From assembly GCA_023389005.1 (NCBI GenBank), contig JAEWFE010000029.1, positions 887 through 64,886 on the forward strand: a DNA stretch of 64,000 bases. Reading direction: 5' to 3'. Positions within the stretch are counted from its first letter, which is position 1, and each line of letters begins with the position of its first letter. This DNA is from Bacillota bacterium. Lineage in GTDB: Bacteria > Bacillota > Bacilli > Lactobacillales > Enterococcaceae. Below the pieces are notes generated by a model. That model saw only the letters and a list, made by a program, of their open reading frames with translations. It did no database searches and was not told the origin of the DNA. The position numbers and the translations under genes are program-made. Positions 13,033 through 21,520 of the stretch are shown in pieces.

Positions 13033-13191
13033 TTATTTTTTTTCTTCTAGCACCATAGTCACGATTGCCCCAACCATGGTCATAATCGCACCCTTCAACG
13101 CTATTTTAACTTCTTCGTTCTGCATAATTTTTTGTATGTATGATGCGATAATTTTTAATAACTTCATAACAATGTCGTTTACCTTAACCAT
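13033..13191 (-). CDS. Small 52-aa protein with hydrophobic C-terminus (absent from ORF track)
   Basis: MVKVNDIVMKLLKII...GAIMTMVGAIVTMVLEEKK; AAGGAG RBS; start overlaps the upstream stop (TGATG). Confidence 0.6.
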   Translation of the reverse strand: MVKVNDIVMKLLKIIASYIQKIMQNEEVKIALKGAIMTMVGAIVTMVLEEKK

Positions 13192-13553
13192 CACTTATTC
13201 TCCTTTATTAACTCTTTCATTAATTTTTTCATGAACTTATTGTTAGTTGATTTCTCTAAAAATTCTAAAGCAGAAATCGTTAATTCTTTTTTCGTAATTT
13301 CTTTGTTCAAGGATGCTTGGGATTTCAAATGATAGTATAATGCTTCTGAGTTTAAATCCGTTTCACGATTCACGATTTCAAGTTGTCTGTTTAATTCCTC
13401 AGAAACTTGTAATTCATATTTTTCTTTATCAACACTATCTGGTAGTTTTTCTTCATGCTTAACCATTTCATATTTTACTTTATCTCTGATTTTATTGAGC
13501 TCTTCTAACTTAGCATTCGATAGAGCTTCATCGATTTCTTTTAATTTATCCAT
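13191..13553 (-). CDS. Hypothetical charged helical protein (moron)
   Basis: GGAGGG RBS; own sigma-A promoter; opposite to phage lytic orientation. Confidence 0.75.
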   Translation of the reverse strand: MDKLKEIDEALSNAKLEELNKIRDKVKYEMVKHEEKLPDSVDKEKYELQVSEELNRQLEIVNRETDLNSEALYYHLKSQASLNKEITKKELTISALEFLEKSTNNKFMKKLMKELIKENK

Positions 13554-13588
13554 TTAATAACCCTCCGACAATCAATTCTTTATCTATA

Positions 13589-13617
13589 ATTATACTTTAG
13601 AAAATTTACACTTACAA
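13589..13617 (-). promoter_or_regulatory. Host sigma-A promoter (leftward)
   Basis: TTGTAA-17 bp-TATAAT on the minus strand. Confidence 0.7.
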
Positions 13618-13623
13618 TAATAT

Positions 13624-13652
13624 TCGCGTGAAAAACACGTCCTTTAATGGAA
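13624..13652 (+). promoter_or_regulatory. 29-bp phage motif copy 4 (overlaps tRNA 5' end)
   Basis: TCGCGTGAAAAACACGTCCTTTAATGGAA. Confidence 0.85.
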
Positions 13653-13719
13653 GAGTAGCTTAGCGGGAAAGCACTAGACTTTTAATCTAGGGTAACAGGT
13701 TCGAATCCTGTCTCTTTTT
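13649..13719 (+). tRNA. tRNA-Lys(UUU)-like gene, no encoded CCA
   Basis: Cloverleaf: GGAAGAG/CTCTTTT acceptor (two G-U), GCTT/AAGC D-stem, CTAGA-CTTTTAA-TCTAG anticodon arm, ACAGG-TTCGAAT-CCTGT T-arm. Confidence 0.8.
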
Positions 13720-13812
13720 TTTTTAGAACGCAGGTGACTGAAAAAGATGATATTTTGATATTGTAAAAATTCCCGGGTGGGGATTTTCAATAAAACATTT
13801 GGAGGTGATAAC

Positions 13813-14019
13813 ATGGTAATTACGTTGATATTTTGTTTTGGATTATTGTTAGGAGTGATCATTGGAATACTATGTGAAAGAAAAAGAAACGAAAAAGTAA
13901 TCATATTAGGAACGTATTGTTTAAATCCAGAAAGTAATACGATAGATATTCGTGTTGATGAGGGTAAAATCATCGATGAAAAATCCGATATCGTACTAAA
14001 GCATGTTTCGCGTAACTAA
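13813..14019 (+). CDS. Small membrane protein
   Basis: GGAGGTG RBS; N-terminal TM helix. Confidence 0.7.
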   Translation: MVITLIFCFGLLLGVIIGILCERKRNEKVIILGTYCLNPESNTIDIRVDEGKIIDEKSDIVLKHVSRN

Positions 14020-14036
14020 CAGGTCCTATTATGAAA
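14008..14036 (+). promoter_or_regulatory. 29-bp phage motif copy 5
   Basis: TCGCGTAACTAACAGGTCCTATTATGAAA. Confidence 0.75.
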
Positions 14037-14059
14037 CTATATTTTAGGAGGAAAAAATT

Positions 14060-14368
14060 ATGAATCTTAGAAAGAAATTGGAACAAGAATGGGTTGAGGA
14101 GTTAAAGAAACTCAAAGAATTGGAACCTAGCAGCGAAAGTTATCGCAATCAAATGCAAAGAGTAGAGGTAATTGAGCAACGATTGGTAGAGTTATCCGCA
14201 AATAAAAGCGAAGATATCTCTCGATACGTTGGGCATGGAATCTCTGTATTGAAATTGATGGCAACAGCTGGAGCGGTGTTAGTTACAATGAAATGGGAAA
14301 AATTAGACACCTTAACATCAACGGCTGGGAAGATTAATCTAAGAGATTTAGTATCTTTCAAACTATAA
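14060..14368 (+). CDS. Hypothetical protein
   Basis: AGGAGG RBS; coiled N-terminal half and a hydrophobic segment; GAAGAG...CTCTTC terminator follows. Confidence 0.75.
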   Translation: MNLRKKLEQEWVEELKKLKELEPSSESYRNQMQRVEVIEQRLVELSANKSEDISRYVGHGISVLKLMATAGAVLVTMKWEKLDTLTSTAGKINLRDLVSFKL

Positions 14369-14422
14369 TTTCATAGAGAAGAGGCGAAACACAGTCTCTT
14401 CTTTTTTTTTCTAGGAGGTTTT

Positions 14423-14785
14423 ATGAGGTATCACTTAGAGAAACATATTCTTTCTAATACGAGTAAATACGCTATCGCTTACGAATGCGACCATCCAATT
14501 TATAGCAGATGCACATTATATTTAATAGGCGATAAAGGTCTAGCAGTCATTCAACAACGATTTGATGAAAAGACAAAAACATCGATTTGGACAGAAATTG
14601 ATTCCTGGTTAATTGATAGAATATACGTACATCCGTCGTTTAAATCATTTTTCGATAGTCGATCGGGTATATGTGAAAACGGGATATATCCAACCGTAAC
14701 GATTAGACAACTCATGTGGGGATTAAGAATGAAACCCTTAAAACGAGAACGTTGGGAAACATATTTCGATAGACCGTTGATTTAA
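14423..14785 (+). CDS. Hypothetical phage protein
   Basis: AGGAGG RBS. Confidence 0.75.
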   Translation: MRYHLEKHILSNTSKYAIAYECDHPIYSRCTLYLIGDKGLAVIQQRFDEKTKTSIWTEIDSWLIDRIYVHPSFKSFFDSRSGICENGIYPTVTIRQLMWGLRMKPLKRERWETYFDRPLI

Positions 14786-14788
14786 AAT

Positions 14789-14817
14789 TCGCGTGAAAAA
14801 CAACTCCTTTAATGGAA
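14789..14817 (+). promoter_or_regulatory. 29-bp phage motif copy 6
   Basis: TCGCGTGAAAAACAACTCCTTTAATGGAA. Confidence 0.85.
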
Positions 14818-14849
14818 CACAGAAGTGTATGTTTAACATTTAAAGGAGG

Positions 14850-15110
14850 ATGAATAATATGTTTTTTAAGAAAAATGCAGTAACTATTTGTTCAGATAAG
14901 GAGTATGTAGCAGATGTAGAACGTGCTATCAAAGAATGTGACATTAAAATAGACGGAGTAATTAATGTGCACATTACTGAAGATGACCAAGCTTACACAA
15001 GCTTTTATACACCATATTCTGTAAAGAAAGTTTCTAAATTATTGACTGAAAAATTATATGACACAAAAGCTTTAGTTGAAGGACGCACAGTAATTGTGAA
15101 CGCAAAATAG
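14850..15110 (+). CDS. Hypothetical protein
   Basis: AAGGAGG RBS (start may be ATG 14859); terminator follows. Confidence 0.7.
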   Translation: MNNMFFKKNAVTICSDKEYVADVERAIKECDIKIDGVINVHITEDDQAYTSFYTPYSVKKVSKLLTEKLYDTKALVEGRTVIVNAK

Positions 15111-15140
15111 AGTGGGGGAAAACCTCATTCTATTTTTTTT

Positions 15141-15169
15141 TCGCATCGAAAACAAATCCTTTAATGGAA
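15141..15169 (+). promoter_or_regulatory. 29-bp phage motif copy 7
   Basis: TCGCATCGAAAACAAATCCTTTAATGGAA. Confidence 0.85.
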
Positions 15170-15188
15170 CAATAGGAAGGAGAGAAGT

Positions 15189-15425
15189 GTGATGGATGAA
15201 ATGAAAATCAAATTGAAATCGACATTTATGAGAGGAATTGTAAAGAAACTCATTACGAATTCTATGAAAAAGAAATTTGGTGTAAAACCAGATATCGAAT
15301 TGAATGGATTGGAAATTGAGAGAGTGGATAATAAGATTCATATTCATATTAATGCCGATGTAGAATTGACTGACATGGATTTAATGCGATTGACGCTATT
15401 GTCCGAGAATGACGAAGAGGCTTAG
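15189..15425 (+). CDS. Hypothetical phage protein
   Basis: AAGGAG RBS; terminator overlaps the stop. Confidence 0.7.
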   Translation: MMDEMKIKLKSTFMRGIVKKLITNSMKKKFGVKPDIELNGLEIERVDNKIHIHINADVELTDMDLMRLTLLSENDEEA

Positions 15426-15443
15426 ACGGTCTCTTCTATTTTT

Positions 15444-15472
15444 TCGCATCAAAAACACGTTATTTTATGAAA
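15444..15472 (+). promoter_or_regulatory. 29-bp phage motif copy 8
   Basis: TCGCATCAAAAACACGTTATTTTATGAAA. Confidence 0.8.
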
Positions 15473-15504
15473 GACAATGTATATTTTGAGAGGAGAATGT
15501 TATT

Positions 15505-15795
15505 ATGTTTAACTTTAATTTTGGTAAGTTAAGACGTCATTTCATAATGAGAGAGGGTGATGTTACAACTGTAATATCTATTTTAAATCGTGTGAACATA
15601 GACAATATGGATAAGAAAATCAATGTTGGTCGTTGTCCATCCGGTTATGGAGAAGATTTATGGTTTATATATTTCACAGCCACTCCAAAAGGATATGACA
15701 AAATTTTAAAAGAATTATTGAAGGAAGGAGCATTGGGAACATTTACACTTAGTCCAGAAAAAGAACACATTTATTTCGAAACTTTAGAGGCGTAA
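15505..15795 (+). CDS. Hypothetical protein
   Basis: GAGGAG RBS; AGAGGC-GTAAA-GCCTCT terminator. Confidence 0.7.
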   Translation: MFNFNFGKLRRHFIMREGDVTTVISILNRVNIDNMDKKINVGRCPSGYGEDLWFIYFTATPKGYDKILKELLKEGALGTFTLSPEKEHIYFETLEA

Positions 15796-15832
15796 AGCCT
15801 CTTTATTTTTTATTATGAAAGGAAGATATGTT

Positions 15833-16609
15833 ATGAAATTAATCGAAACTATTAAGAAAAACCAAAACACTATTTTAACCGTAGTTAGCGTTGCCGGAGT
15901 TGTAGGTACGGCGATAAGTTCGTCATGGTCAATGAAGACAAGCTATGAAAAGTTAAAAGAGAAGGAAGAACCTACATTAAAGGAAAAAGCGGTAATTTAC
16001 GGAACTTCATATGTACCCACGATTGCAATTACAGCGTGTACGATAGCAACAATTATATGTAATCATAATTTGAATAAGAAACAAATCATACAATTAACCG
16101 CTGCTTATGCAGTGTTACAACAATCATATTCTAAATTGCAAAAAGGTGTAAAGAAAGTCTATGAAGAAGAAAAAGAATTAATGGAATACCGAGCTTCTTT
16201 GGAAGATAAAACTGAAGAGGAAGAACTGTTCTTTGACCCAATTTCCAATCAATATTTTAATGCAAAACGCTCTGATGTATTAGAAGCTATATTAGAATTG
16301 AACCAAAATTTTGCTACTAATGCATTCGTAGCGATCAATTGTTTATATGACAAATTAGGAATCGATTTCGGTCCTCAAGGAGAATATTTAGGTTGGGGTA
16401 TAGATGAAATGGCTTGCGGTTGTGATGCATATTTCATTGAGCATTATTTTGATGAAGTTGTAATGGATGACGGTTTAGAATGTAACGTATTGAGATTCGT
16501 ATGGGATCCATTTGTGAATTGTGATGTTTGGGGAAATAAAAAACCAAAAATGTTATACGCAATCGAATGGGCGAAACAACATGGATATGAAGTTTATGGT
16601 GAAGATTAA
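15833..16609 (+). CDS. DUF6353-like membrane-associated protein, paralog 1
   Basis: Two hydrophobic segments; C-terminal FFDPIS..YF...N.LY..LG...G..LGW shared with 16877 and 19232. Confidence 0.7.
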   Translation: MKLIETIKKNQNTILTVVSVAGVVGTAISSSWSMKTSYEKLKEKEEPTLKEKAVIYGTSYVPTIAITACTIATIICNHNLNKKQIIQLTAAYAVLQQSYSKLQKGVKKVYEEEKELMEYRASLEDKTEEEELFFDPISNQYFNAKRSDVLEAILELNQNFATNAFVAINCLYDKLGIDFGPQGEYLGWGIDEMACGCDAYFIEHYFDEVVMDDGLECNVLRFVWDPFVNCDVWGNKKPKMLYAIEWAKQHGYEVYGED

Positions 16610-16616
16610 ATAAAAT

Positions 16617-16645
16617 TCGCGTGAAAAACATGTCCTTTAATGGAA
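16617..16645 (+). promoter_or_regulatory. 29-bp phage motif copy 9
   Basis: TCGCGTGAAAAACATGTCCTTTAATGGAA. Confidence 0.85.
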
Positions 16646-16669
16646 CAAAATTTAAGGAGGAATTCGATT

Positions 16670-16831
16670 ATGAATGAAAAAACAATTAAAATTATCTTTG
16701 GTGTATCATCAGTTATCACTATTGGTGCTGGTTTAGTGCAAGCACTATTTGAAAGAAAGGTTGATGATATGGAGAAATTAAAGTTAAAAAAGGAAATAAT
16801 CGATGAGGTTTTAAAGAAAGTGAACAAGTAA
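16670..16831 (+). CDS. Small membrane protein
   Basis: AAGGAGG RBS; TM helix; terminator follows. Confidence 0.7.
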   Translation: MNEKTIKIIFGVSSVITIGAGLVQALFERKVDDMEKLKLKKEIIDEVLKKVNK

Positions 16832-16876
16832 GAGAGGTTTTACACCCCTCTTATTTTTTTATGGAGGTATTTGAAT

Positions 16877-17632
16877 ATGTATAAAAATTTATTAAATATG
16901 GCAAAGAAGCGAAAACCAGAGTTGATGATTGCCGGAGGTATATTTGGTTTCGCATGGATGGGTGTGTCGATAGCCAAGGCAACGCCAAAAGCAGCAAAGT
17001 TAATTGAGGAAGAAAAGAAACGTAAGAGTGAACAGAACGAAGAATTCACGAAAATGGATGCTGTAAAAGTCGCTTGGAAGTCATATATTCCTGCTACAAC
17101 GGCATTTGTATTTTCTACTGCGCTTATATTAGGGGCCAATGATATTCACAATAAACGAAACATTGCGCTTGCTTCTATGTATAAATTATCTGAAACTGCA
17201 TATTTAGAATTCAAAGAAAAAGTTAAAGAAAAGGTAAGTCCTGAAACAGTCAAAGAAATTAAAAAAGAAATCGCGCAAGAACGAGTAAAAGACATTCCTG
17301 TTGCGAAAACAGTAACCGTAGTTGGGGGCGATAATGTATGGTTTTACGATCCGTTATCAGATAGATGTTTTGAATCGAATATTAGAAAAATTGAAGATGC
17401 AGCTAATAAGTTAAACCATCAAATGATGACGAGTATGGAGATGTGCACTTCGTTAAATGACTTTTATTCTGCGATTGGTGTGAGAACAACTACTACAGGA
17501 GATACTCTTGGTTGGTATGTAAATAGGGGCTTAATAGAGGTTGATTTAGGTTCGACAATCGTGTATGACGATAAACCATGTATCATATTGGATTTCTATA
17601 CGCCCCCCGTATATGATTACGATAAATTATAA
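16877..17632 (+). CDS. DUF6353-like protein, paralog 2
   Basis: KPELMIAGGI..., FYDPLSDRCF, LNDFY...GW. Confidence 0.72.
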   Translation: MYKNLLNMAKKRKPELMIAGGIFGFAWMGVSIAKATPKAAKLIEEEKKRKSEQNEEFTKMDAVKVAWKSYIPATTAFVFSTALILGANDIHNKRNIALASMYKLSETAYLEFKEKVKEKVSPETVKEIKKEIAQERVKDIPVAKTVTVVGGDNVWFYDPLSDRCFESNIRKIEDAANKLNHQMMTSMEMCTSLNDFYSAIGVRTTTTGDTLGWYVNRGLIEVDLGSTIVYDDKPCIILDFYTPPVYDYDKL

Positions 17633-17633
17633 T

Positions 17634-17662
17634 TCGCGTGAAAAACATGTCCTTTAATGGAA
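17634..17662 (+). promoter_or_regulatory. 29-bp phage motif copy 10
   Basis: TCGCGTGAAAAACATGTCCTTTAATGGAA (identical to copy 9). Confidence 0.85.
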
Positions 17663-17688
17663 CCTATAAAAAGAAAGGAAGATTTATT

Positions 17689-18054
17689 ATGGAAAACATC
17701 AATGAATTAAATCAAGGAGTTCAAGAACAAGAAGTAATTGGAGGAGAAGAAATGTTTGAAGAAACACAAGATTCATATTCAGAACCAGTAGTTCAAGAAT
17801 TTGTTTACGAAGAAGAGGACGAAAACGATTCTAGTTCAAAAGGTTTAATCGTATTAGCAGGTGGTGTTGTAGTAATTGGAGCAGCACTAATCGCTGGGCG
17901 TAAGAAACTAAGTGAATGGAATACAAATCGTCAAATCAAACGTCTAACAAAACTTGGATACAAGATTGAAAAAGATGAAGAGGAAATTAAACAAGAGGAA
18001 TCCGATGACAAGACTGAACAGGATGATTCAAAGGAAGAACCAAATAAAGAATAG
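17689..18054 (+). CDS. Acidic single-pass membrane protein
   Basis: AAGGA RBS; acidic N-terminus, TM helix GLIVLAGGVVVIGAALIAG; terminator follows. Confidence 0.75.
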   Translation: MENINELNQGVQEQEVIGGEEMFEETQDSYSEPVVQEFVYEEEDENDSSSKGLIVLAGGVVVIGAALIAGRKKLSEWNTNRQIKRLTKLGYKIEKDEEEIKQEESDDKTEQDDSKEEPNKE

Positions 18055-18127
18055 AAATTAGGTTTATGAGAGAAGTGTCTAAAATAGATGCTTCTCTTTT
18101 TTCTTTGTGAATAGGAGGATTATGCGT

Positions 18128-18322
18128 ATGCCTAAATATAAATACGAAGGGCCTGTGATGGAGTTTGATAATTGTATTGCGAATAAATGGACAGGCGAAA
18201 CAATCGCACCTAGTAAAAATAAAGCGCGTAGTAATTTAGCGTATCAATTTAAGAAGCAAAATAATCGAGTTCCGTCTGCGAAGGTTAAATTACCTGGAAA
18301 ACTGATATTAACGGAGGTATGA
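18128..18322 (+). CDS. Hypothetical phage protein
   Basis: AGGAGG RBS; coupled to the next gene. Confidence 0.7.
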   Translation: MPKYKYEGPVMEFDNCIANKWTGETIAPSKNKARSNLAYQFKKQNNRVPSAKVKLPGKLILTEV

Positions 18323-18990
18323 AAATGGATTTAGATTATAAACCAAATTCGATGAAGTCTAAAAAAGAAAATGCTGAAAAAAGTAAAGTTCCGCCATTAA
18401 AAACTGTGGCACAAGGAAAAGTGAAAAAAAGTTCAGCATTGGATTTAATTACGAGTTCATTTTCTAAAGAAGAACTGAAGGATAAATTCTTAAATGAAAT
18501 GATTGTTCCAAGAGTAAAAGATTTTGTTTATAAAACAGGGTCTGATACTTTATTTACAATTTTAAATATTTTAGAAAGTGGCTTAGGAATGGTCGTATAT
18601 GGCGAAACGAATTACAGCAAAAATGGCATCGGTAATCGTAAACGAAATGGAGGATGGACTTCCTATGATTCAATGTATAGTGATCGATTTGGAAGTGCTA
18701 TATCTAAAAAAGAACCGTCTAATGCAGGCGTTACGAGAAAAAATATTGATGACATGAGGCAGGTAATCGTTCCGTCAAGAGGAGATAGTGTAAAAGTTAT
18801 TAATGGACTTAGAGATACACTTGATCAATATGGAATTGTGACAGTCGCACAATTGTACATGCTAATTAATCAATCTGTTGATAATTTTACTTATCATAAT
18901 TACGGATGGACGAATGTAGATAATGTCTCAGTCACTATGACTAGAGACGGATATTTGATTCGTTTACCTAAACCAAAACCAATAGATTAG
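18319..18990 (+). CDS. Hypothetical phage protein
   Basis: C-terminal YGIVTVAQLY...YGWTN...LPKP resembles the DUF6353 C-terminal motif. Confidence 0.75.
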   Translation: MKMDLDYKPNSMKSKKENAEKSKVPPLKTVAQGKVKKSSALDLITSSFSKEELKDKFLNEMIVPRVKDFVYKTGSDTLFTILNILESGLGMVVYGETNYSKNGIGNRKRNGGWTSYDSMYSDRFGSAISKKEPSNAGVTRKNIDDMRQVIVPSRGDSVKVINGLRDTLDQYGIVTVAQLYMLINQSVDNFTYHNYGWTNVDNVSVTMTRDGYLIRLPKPKPID

Positions 18991-19002
18991 GAGACGATTA
19001 CA

Positions 19003-19254
19003 TTGGTCGAACAAACATATTTGGTTGTTAGAGGAATTGGAAAGAGGGTTTTACGTGCTATGGATGAGGTACTGTGGACGTATTCCGAGATTCTATCTAA
19101 TGCTCAAAACAGACTCATATTAGGTTTTATCGTGTTAGGTGTTGGAGTCGGTTTGGGTGGCGGCTTAATAGCGTCATCATTTATTAGAATACCGGATAAA
19201 AATAAAAAACAAATAGTTAGGAGATTACAACATGAAGAAAATCAAATTATTTAA
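19003..19254 (+). CDS. Small membrane protein
   Basis: AGGAG RBS, TTG start; Gly-rich TM helix. Confidence 0.6.
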   Translation: MVEQTYLVVRGIGKRVLRAMDEVLWTYSEILSNAQNRLILGFIVLGVGVGLGGGLIASSFIRIPDKNKKQIVRRLQHEENQII

Positions 19255-20170
19255 CAATGTGAAAACATCATTCAATAAATTGGGAATGAAAACAAAGAAA
19301 AATAGTCCAGAGATTTTAATCGGCGTGGGACTTATCGGTTTTGGTGCCACTGCAGTTCTAGCATTTAAAGCAGGAACAAAGTATAATGAAATTAAAAAAG
19401 AACGCGACGAACAACTTCAAGAGATGAAAGAATTTGTCGAAACCAACGGATTTACAGATGAATATTCAGAAAAAGACTACAATAAAGATATTAATATCGT
19501 TAAGGGGCAATGTGTGTTAAATGTTGCTAAAAGTTTATTACCGACAGTGGCGGTTGGCACATTGTCAGTTGCGAGCCTATTATATTCTCATAAGATTTTA
19601 CGTGGTCGTAATGCTGCGATTGCTGCTGCATATCTAGCAGTTGATAAAGGGCTCAAAGCATATCGTGAAAATGTTGTGGAACGTTTTGGAGAGGAAACAG
19701 ACAAAGAATTACGTCATGGTGTTAAAGAAAAAGAACGTATTATTAAAACTGTAAATTCTGAAACGGGTGAAGTTTCTGAGAAAAATGAATTAACAAAATA
19801 TGTTACTGACGAGGTTGGAGAAATCAGTGAATACGCTCGTTTCTTTGACGAATCTTGTAACGGATATAAAAAAGATTCGGAATACAATTTGAAATTCTTA
19901 AAGATGCAGCAAGCATACGCGAATGAGAAACTTAAAGCGCAAGGATATTTATTCTTAAATGATGTTTATAAAATGTTGGGCATTCCTGCCACTAAAGCTG
20001 GTCAAGTTGTCGGATGGATTTACGATAAAGAAATGCCAAATGGCGATAACTTTGTTGATTTTGGTATCTATAATATTCATCGTGAAAAGAATCGTGACTT
20101 TGTAAATGGTTATGAACGTTCTATCTTATTAGATTTTAACGTTGATGGAGTGATCATCGATTATATTTGA
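19232..20170 (+). CDS. DUF6353-like protein, paralog 3
   Basis: KKNSPEILIGVG, ARFFDES, GYLFLNDVY.MLG...GQVVGW, LDFNVDG. Confidence 0.78.
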   Translation: MKKIKLFNNVKTSFNKLGMKTKKNSPEILIGVGLIGFGATAVLAFKAGTKYNEIKKERDEQLQEMKEFVETNGFTDEYSEKDYNKDINIVKGQCVLNVAKSLLPTVAVGTLSVASLLYSHKILRGRNAAIAAAYLAVDKGLKAYRENVVERFGEETDKELRHGVKEKERIIKTVNSETGEVSEKNELTKYVTDEVGEISEYARFFDESCNGYKKDSEYNLKFLKMQQAYANEKLKAQGYLFLNDVYKMLGIPATKAGQVVGWIYDKEMPNGDNFVDFGIYNIHREKNRDFVNGYERSILLDFNVDGVIIDYI

Positions 20171-20258
20171 ACAGTAGGGCTCGATAATCCATATACCGGT
20201 AATGGAGAACGAGATATCTACGATTTCATATATGCATATTAGAAAGGAAATAAATATT

Positions 20259-20939
20259 ATGACAAGTAAGCTTACTAAATTATTAATCTTTGTAGCTGGA
20301 GCCGCTGTAGGCTCTTTAGCTACTTATAAAATTGTGAAAGACAAATACGAAAAACAAATATCTGAAGATACATTATCTATGGTTCAAGCATTTGATGAGT
20401 TACGTGATATGTATGAAAGCCAACCTATTGATAATGAAAAAAATGAAGATAACAAACCTGTCAACGATGATGTAGACGAAAAAGATAATTCAGAAACTAA
20501 ACCATTACCAAGTTATGCAAAATATGGTTTAACTGAAGAAGATTTCTTTGAAGGACCAGCTGAAGAGGTAGAAGAAATTGTGAAGTCTGAAGTTCCAAAG
20601 AAAAAAGTGGACTATACACAATATTACGACCCAAATAAGAAAAATGAAGAAAAAGAGGAGGAAAAAGAAGTGATTAAACCTTATGTAATTACACCTGACG
20701 AATTTCAGGACTCTGATTACGATGTGGAAAGTTACACATATTATGCAGACGATGTGTTAACGGACGAATTTGACGATATTATTTATGAACCAGGAGAAAC
20801 AGTAGGTACCGAGTTCGCAGACCATTTTGGAGAATACGAGGAAGATGCTGTGTATATTCGTAATGATGAGCGAGGTATTGATTATGAGATTCTAAAAGAT
20901 GATAGAACATTTGCCGAGCTGTTCCCTGATCGAGTATAG
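20259..20939 (+). CDS. Acidic membrane-anchored phage protein
   Basis: N-terminal FVAGAAVGS helix; very acidic C-terminus. Confidence 0.75.
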   Translation: MTSKLTKLLIFVAGAAVGSLATYKIVKDKYEKQISEDTLSMVQAFDELRDMYESQPIDNEKNEDNKPVNDDVDEKDNSETKPLPSYAKYGLTEEDFFEGPAEEVEEIVKSEVPKKKVDYTQYYDPNKKNEEKEEEKEVIKPYVITPDEFQDSDYDVESYTYYADDVLTDEFDDIIYEPGETVGTEFADHFGEYEEDAVYIRNDERGIDYEILKDDRTFAELFPDRV

Positions 20940-20941
20940 AG

Positions 20942-21493
20942 GTGGTATGTTTGATTAGAGAAGATTATTTTAACTGGCTCGTACATATCGTGTCCAGAGA
21001 TAGACATTATGTCGATGAGTACGGCTACGAAAAATTATTTAAGTTACTTCACGATACTGAGTTTACGTATATTATTCCAAAGGATGCCAATCGAGCAGGT
21101 GATGGTATCAATATGCGATGGAGATATGTTCTTGATAAGGGTTTAGAAGAGCTTGATGAAGAAGTGGAAGCGAAATTGAGCGGGCCATGTAGTGTATTAG
21201 AAATGATGGTCGCACTTGCGTTAAGATGTGAAGAAAACATTATGATGAACGCTGATTATGGAGATAGAACAAGTCAGTGGTTCTGGACGATGATTGTTAC
21301 GCTCGGATTAGGGAGTATGAACGATGCACATTTCGACATGGAACGAGCGACTCTTATTCTCGATAGATTCCTTAAAAGAGATTACGCACCTAATGGAACT
21401 GGTGGATTATTTAAAATACGAGGTTGTAAAGAAGACCTTAGAAAAATAGAAATATGGATTCAACTCTTATGGTATCTCAATACACTAGATTAA
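20942..21493 (+). CDS. Hypothetical phage protein upstream of the replicase
   Basis: Long ORF in operon context. Confidence 0.75.
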   Translation: MVCLIREDYFNWLVHIVSRDRHYVDEYGYEKLFKLLHDTEFTYIIPKDANRAGDGINMRWRYVLDKGLEELDEEVEAKLSGPCSVLEMMVALALRCEENIMMNADYGDRTSQWFWTMIVTLGLGSMNDAHFDMERATLILDRFLKRDYAPNGTGGLFKIRGCKEDLRKIEIWIQLLWYLNTLD

Positions 21494-21520
21494 GAGTTAT
21501 CTAGAAAGGGGTACGCAAAT

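Noticed and set aside
11333..17662. 29-bp repeats as a CRISPR array
   Set aside because: Spacing is irregular (hundreds to >1000 bp), the intervals are whole genes, the repeats are degenerate and no cas operon is present; the Cas4-like ORF is a typical phage exonuclease
11333..17662. Cassettes as an integron with attC sites
   Set aside because: No RYYYAAC...GTTRRRY bottom-strand hairpins seen, and the integrase looks like an ordinary phage integrase
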